A stretch of 64,000 bases of DNA from an uncultured Acidobacteriaceae bacterium (GTDB lineage: Bacteria > Acidobacteriota > Terriglobia > Terriglobales > Acidobacteriaceae), in assembly GCA_963754765.1 (NCBI GenBank), contig CAVWHJ010000008.1, positions 53,733 to 117,732 on the forward strand, read 5' to 3'. Position numbers and translations under genes: made by a program. Positions 59,470 to 64,000 of the stretch are shown here, in pieces (positions within the stretch are counted from its first letter, which is position 1; every line of letters begins with the position of its first letter). The notes beneath the pieces are model-generated. The model was not told the origin of the DNA, did not search any database, and saw only the letters and a program-made list of their open reading frames with translations.

Positions 59470-61071
59470 TTGGCCTCAATAAAGCGTGCAATTGCAGCAA
59501 TGTTTCTCTGTGTGCTTGCCTTTGGTTTCGCGGCAAACGCACAGGATCTCGCGAGCTTCGAAAAACGAACCACCGTAAAAGTCCTTCCCAACGGCCTCAC
59601 CCTCATCGTCTGCGAGCGTCCCGAAGCTCCCGTCTTCAGCTTCTACACCCTCGTCGACGCCGGCTCAGCCGACGACCCGCAAGGCGCCAGCGGCCTCGCC
59701 CACATGTTCGAGCACATGGCCTTCAAGGGCTCCACCGAGATCGGCACCACCAACTACCCCGCCGAAAAGATCGCGCTCGCCAAAGTCGAAGTCGCCTACG
59801 CCGCCTACGATGCCGAGTACCGCAAGCGCGTCGGCCAAAGCCCCGAAAAACTCGCCCAACTCCTCAAAGCCTTCCAGGACGCTCAGGCCGAAGCCCAGAA
59901 ATACGTCATCCCCAATGAGTTCTCCTCAATCGCAGACGAGAACGGCGAAGTCGGCATGAACGCATCCACCGCCGAAGACTCCACGCAATACTTCTGGAGC
60001 ATGCCCTCGAACCGCCTCCAACTCTGGGCCTACCTCGAGAGCCAGCGCATCGGCCATCCCGTCGAGCGCGAGTTCTACAAAGAGCGCAACGTCGTTCAGG
60101 AAGAGCGTCGCATGCGCGTCGACTCCTCCCCCATCGGCCGCATGGTCGAGCAGTTCCTCGCCACCGCCTACGTCGCCCATCCCTACCGCATCCCCGGCGT
60201 CGGTTGGGAGAGCGAGATCAGCCAGGTCTCCGCCACCGAAGCCACCGACTTCCACGCGAAGTTCTACGTCCCCTCCAACATCGTCATCGCTGTCGTAGGC
60301 GACATCAAAGCCTCCGAAGCCATGCCCATCCTCGAGCGCTACTTCGCGCCCATCCCCGCCGGCCCCAAGCCCGAACCCATGACTACCGTCGAGCCCCCGC
60401 AGAACGCCGAGAAGTTCGTCACCATCCGCGAAGCCACCCAGCCCTTCTACATCGAGGGCTACCATCGCCCCGACTACCGCGACCCCGACGACTCCGTCTA
60501 CGACGCCATCACCGACATCTTCTCCAACGGCCGCACCGCCCGCCTCTACCGCTCGCTCGTTCGCGACCAGCAAATCGCCGCCGAGGCCCAGGGCTTCAGC
60601 GGCTTCCCCGGCGAAAAATATCCCGGCCTCTTCGCCGTCTACGCCGTGCCTCTTCCCGGCCACACACCCGAAGAGATGCGCACCTCAATCCACAAGGAGC
60701 TCGACCGCCTGAAGAACGAGGACGTCACCGACGAAGAACTCGCGCGCTTCAAGACCCGCGCCCGCGCCGACCTCCTGCGCGGCCTCGCCGACAACCAGGG
60801 CCTCGCCCACCAACTCGCCGAATATCAAACTCGCTACGGCGACTGGCGACAGCTATTCCGACAACTCAACAAGATCGACGCCGTCAGCAAAGCGGACGTT
60901 CGCCGCGTAGCCAACAAAATCTTCACCGACAGCAATCGCACCAGCGCGCGCATCGAGTTCGTCCCACCCCAACAGAAAGCCCCTGCAAGACCCTCCGGAA
61001 CCGCCATGCTCACGCAACCTCCAGCACAGCCCCCGACGCAGACCGAACAGACCGTCGGAGGTGCGAAATGA
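59470..61071 (+). CDS. M16 zinc peptidase, catalytic subunit
   Basis: Signal peptide; HMFEH (HxxEH); ERNVVQEERR. Confidence 0.92.
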   Translation: MASIKRAIAAMFLCVLAFGFAANAQDLASFEKRTTVKVLPNGLTLIVCERPEAPVFSFYTLVDAGSADDPQGASGLAHMFEHMAFKGSTEIGTTNYPAEKIALAKVEVAYAAYDAEYRKRVGQSPEKLAQLLKAFQDAQAEAQKYVIPNEFSSIADENGEVGMNASTAEDSTQYFWSMPSNRLQLWAYLESQRIGHPVEREFYKERNVVQEERRMRVDSSPIGRMVEQFLATAYVAHPYRIPGVGWESEISQVSATEATDFHAKFYVPSNIVIAVVGDIKASEAMPILERYFAPIPAGPKPEPMTTVEPPQNAEKFVTIREATQPFYIEGYHRPDYRDPDDSVYDAITDIFSNGRTARLYRSLVRDQQIAAEAQGFSGFPGEKYPGLFAVYAVPLPGHTPEEMRTSIHKELDRLKNEDVTDEELARFKTRARADLLRGLADNQGLAHQLAEYQTRYGDWRQLFRQLNKIDAVSKADVRRVANKIFTDSNRTSARIEFVPPQQKAPARPSGTAMLTQPPAQPPTQTEQTVGGAK

Positions 61072-62568
61072 ATAGCCCTTCGAAGGTCCGCCTCGTAGCT
61101 ACCCTGTTACCCGCTATCGTGTTCTCCACACTTACCGGCAACGCCCAAACCGCAACCGCCAAGCCTGAAGCCACAACAAAACCCGCCGCAGCCGCACAAC
61201 CATGGAAGCAAATTCCCATCCCGCCGCTGCACGCCTTCAAACCACCGCAACCCAAACGCATCGAGCTAGCCAACGGCCTCGTCATCTTCCTTCAGGAAGA
61301 CCACGAGCTCCCCTTCATCAACGGCACCATCCTCATTCGCGGCGGCAGCCGTGACGAACCAGCCGCAAAGACCGGCCTCGTCTCGCTCTACGGCGACACC
61401 TGGCGAACCAGCGGCACCGCAACCATCGACGGCGACAAGCTCGACGATCAGCTCGAAGCCAAAGCCGCATCCGTCGAAACCTCCGGCGGCTCTGCCTCAA
61501 CCTCCGTAAGCTGGTCGAGCCTCAAGGGCGACTTCGATACCGTCTTCGCCGACACACTCGATCTCCTGCTCCACCCAACCTTCAAGGCCGACAAGCTCGA
61601 GCTCGCGAAGCAGCAGCAATACACCGCCATCTCGCGCCGCAACGACGACGCCTCCGGCATCGCAATCCGCGAAGCCATCGAAATCGCCTACGGCGAAGAC
61701 AAGTCCCTACGCCCGCCAGACCGAATACGCCACCGTCGCCGCCGTCACGCTCGACGACCTCAAGGCATGGCACGACCGCACCGTCGTCCCCAACAACATC
61801 ATCATCGGCGTCTCCGGAGACTTCGACAGCGCCGCCATGGAGGCCAAACTGCGCGCAGCCTTCGAGCCTCTGCCTCGCGGCGAAAAGTTCGAATCCGCCA
61901 AAGTCACCTTCACCGACCCCAAACCCGGCGTCAACTTCGCCGAAAAGTCCGACGTCAACCAATCCAACGTGCTCATCGTCGGCCTCGGCACCGAGCGCAG
62001 CAACCCCGACTACTACGCGCTCAGCGTCATGAACGAGATCTTCTCCGGCGGCTTCGGATCACGCGTCGTCCAGAACGTCCGCACCAAGCTCGGCCTCGCC
62101 TACAGCGTCGGCGGCAGCTTCGGCGCATCCTACGATCACCCCGGCATCTTCTACGTCGAAGCCGCAACCAAGAGCGTATCCACCGTACCCGCAACCCAGG
62201 CCATGCTCGCCGAGATCGGCCGCCTCAAAACCGACCCACCCACGCCCGCAGAGCTCAGCAAAGCCAAGGACCAGGTCCTCAACTCCTTCATCTTCCACTA
62301 CGACTCACCCGACAAAACCCTCAACGAACAGATCACTCTCGCCTTCTACGGTTATCCCGCCGACACGCTCGAAAAATATAAGACCGGCATCGAGAAGGTC
62401 ACCGCCGCCGACGTCTCTCGCGTAGCGAACAAATACATCGACCCATCCAAACTCGCCATCGTCGTCGTGGGCAACGAATCTCAGATCACGCCAAAGCTCG
62501 ACACCCTCGGCAAAGTCACCAACCTCGACATCACCATCCCACCCCCACCCGGCAAACCCGCCGACTAG
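61068..62568 (+). CDS. M16 peptidase partner subunit lacking HxxEH; frameshift ~61700
   Basis: LANGLVIFLQEDHELP; GGFGSR..VRTKLGLAYS; ATGA overlap with the catalytic subunit. Confidence 0.88.
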
Positions 62569-62619
62569 CGCACGACACTCAACGCACAAAGCAAGGGAGT
62601 CGGTTTAAACTGAAGAGCA

Positions 62620-63154
62620 ATGTTGCTCAAGCCCGCAGTTGAAACCGACTACCCCGCAATCATCGATCTCGCAAACCTCGCCTACCGCGGCAAGCTCAGC
62701 CGGCTGGAACACAGAAAGCTTCATCGAAGGCCAACGCCTCACCGATTCCCTCCTCCGTGAAGACCTCGCCGCAAAGCCTCAAGCCCATCTCCTCACCTAT
62801 CGCGAAGACCGGGAAGACCCGGACAATCCAGCCAGTCCCCTCCTCGGAACCGTCTGGCTCGACCCCGGCAAAGACGGCGTCTGGTATCTCGGACTCCTCA
62901 CCATCCACCCCGACGTTCAACAGAAACAACTAGGCCGCACTCTGCTCGCAGCCGCGGAAGACTTCGCAAAACAACACGGCGCCCATCGCATTCAGATGAC
63001 CGTCATCAATGTGCGAGACATCCTGATCGCATGGTACGAACGCCGCGGCTACACCCTCACCGCCGAAACTCGTCCCTTCCCTTACGGCGACGAACGCATC
63101 GGCAAGCCACTTCGCGACGACCTCCACTTCGTCGTTCTCGAAAAAAACATCTGA
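62620..63154 (+). CDS. GNAT N-acetyltransferase; frameshift ~62695
   Basis: MLLKPAVETDYPAIIDLANLAYRG; IHPDVQQKQLGRTLL; WYERRGY. Confidence 0.85.
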
Positions 63155-63290
63155 TCCACAATGACGACTCCCCGTGAGTCGCGGCCCGCAATCACTTAGG
63201 CCGCATTTCCACAAAACCCGCCGTATTTCCACAAAAATATGGCTCAAAACCCTCTTCCCTTTCAGCCGCAATAGCGAGTACTTTACGAAT

Positions 63291-63580
63291 CAACGGAGGA
63301 GCAATCCTCCAGTAGGAGAGAGAAGACAAGGACTCATCAAGAGGCTCGGCAACGAGACTCACGAGGCATTCAGGCAACTGGGTGCAACGGATGGAACCAA
63401 GAAAGCTCTTGCAGCGCGAATGCGATAACGGAAGAGGGATGGGACTCGCGGGCTCCGCTCGCAGGAACCGAACGATTCTGAAACAGCAAATCAGCTGCGA
63501 CCCGGGTACCGAACCGGGTCTTCGAAAAATCGGAGAGTAAGGGGCGAGATCTCGAAAGGGAGCTCGCCCCTTCGCTTTTG
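63291..63580 (+). ncRNA. Candidate structured ncRNA, copy 1
   Basis: TTCCCT-18-TACTTT upstream; three GCAA-capped hairpins, further stems and a GAAA-capped terminator; no conserved ORF. Confidence 0.65.
63539..63580 (+). terminator. Rho-independent terminator of repeat copy 1
   Basis: AAGGGGCGAG..TCTC-GAAA-GGGA..CTCGCCCCTT then CGCTTTT. Confidence 0.7.
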
Positions 63581-63745
63581 CACGCGAGAATTCATCGCCC
63601 AAATTCACCCGCAGTCACTACCCTCTGCGCAACATCATCTCGGCAATCACTTAGTCTCCTTCTCCACAAAACCCGCCGTATTTCCACAAAAATATAGCTC
63701 TAAACCCTCTTCCCTTTCAGCCGAGATTAGGACTACCTTACGAAT

Positions 63746-64000
63746 CAACGGAGGAGCAATCCTCCAGTAGGAGAGAGCACACAAGGGCTATTAGAGACTC
63801 GGCAACGAGACTCGCGAGGCATTCAGGCAACTGGGTGCCAACGGATGGAACCGAGAAAGCTCTTACAGCGAATGCGAAGGCAGAAGAGGGCTGGAACTCG
63901 CGGGCTCCGCTCGCAGGTACCGAACGACTCTGAAGGAGCAATCAGTTGTGATCTGGACTCCCGAACCAGGTCTTCGAAAATCGGAAAGCAAGGGCGAGTC
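63746..64000 (+). ncRNA. Candidate structured ncRNA, copy 2 (truncated at window end)
   Basis: Same hairpins, one compensatory change; TTCCCT-18-TACCTT upstream. Confidence 0.62.

Larger units (their letters stand above)
63188..64000 (+). repeat. Tandem direct repeat, 455-bp period (copy 1 from 63188; copy 2 from 63643, cut by the window edge)
   Basis: Long identical blocks such as TTACGAATCAACGGAGGAGCAATCCTCCAGTAGGAGAGAG; roughly 85% identity by eye. Confidence 0.95.

Noticed and set aside
63174-63941. ORFs 63174..63428, 63192..63608 and 63738..63941 as duplicated small proteins or toxins
   Set aside because: Starts, stops and frames are not conserved between the two repeat copies, whereas the hairpins are.
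63291-64000. Repeat RNA as a CsrB/RsmZ-type sponge or a CRISPR array
   Set aside because: Several GGA motifs differ between copies and the loops are GCAA rather than GGA; there is no short repeat-spacer periodicity and no cas gene.

Overview
GC-rich chromosomal window. Gene content (sedolisin/Ig-repeat proteins, bacilliredoxin, DUF885, TonB C-terminal protein) suggests Acidobacteriota (Terriglobia-like); this taxonomy is inference. About 50 genes, mostly housekeeping or metabolic: thrBC, modABC, murB, trxA, proC, ctaA, ppk1, a beta-oxidation operon, peptidases and sugar utilisation. Most genes, including essential ones, are broken by single-base indels, best explained as uncorrected long-read assembly error, so many boundaries are approximate. 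No tRNA, rRNA, CRISPR, prophage or IS was seen. Main leads: (1) a tandemly duplicated (455-bp period) non-coding unit at the right edge, each copy with a promoter and a ~290-nt GNRA-tetraloop-rich structured RNA, with a complete terminator in copy 1 and one compensatory base change between copies; (2) three tandem S53/Ig-repeat genes all ending in an Ig-like domain split by a TM-PRRR-TM-GCG hairpin, a candidate C-terminal lipoprotein-type anchoring system, one of the three being an internally deleted pseudo-protease; (3) a ~73-nt candidate sRNA between trxA and thrB; (4) a G-rich to C-rich strand switch across the window plus a dif-like 28-mer.
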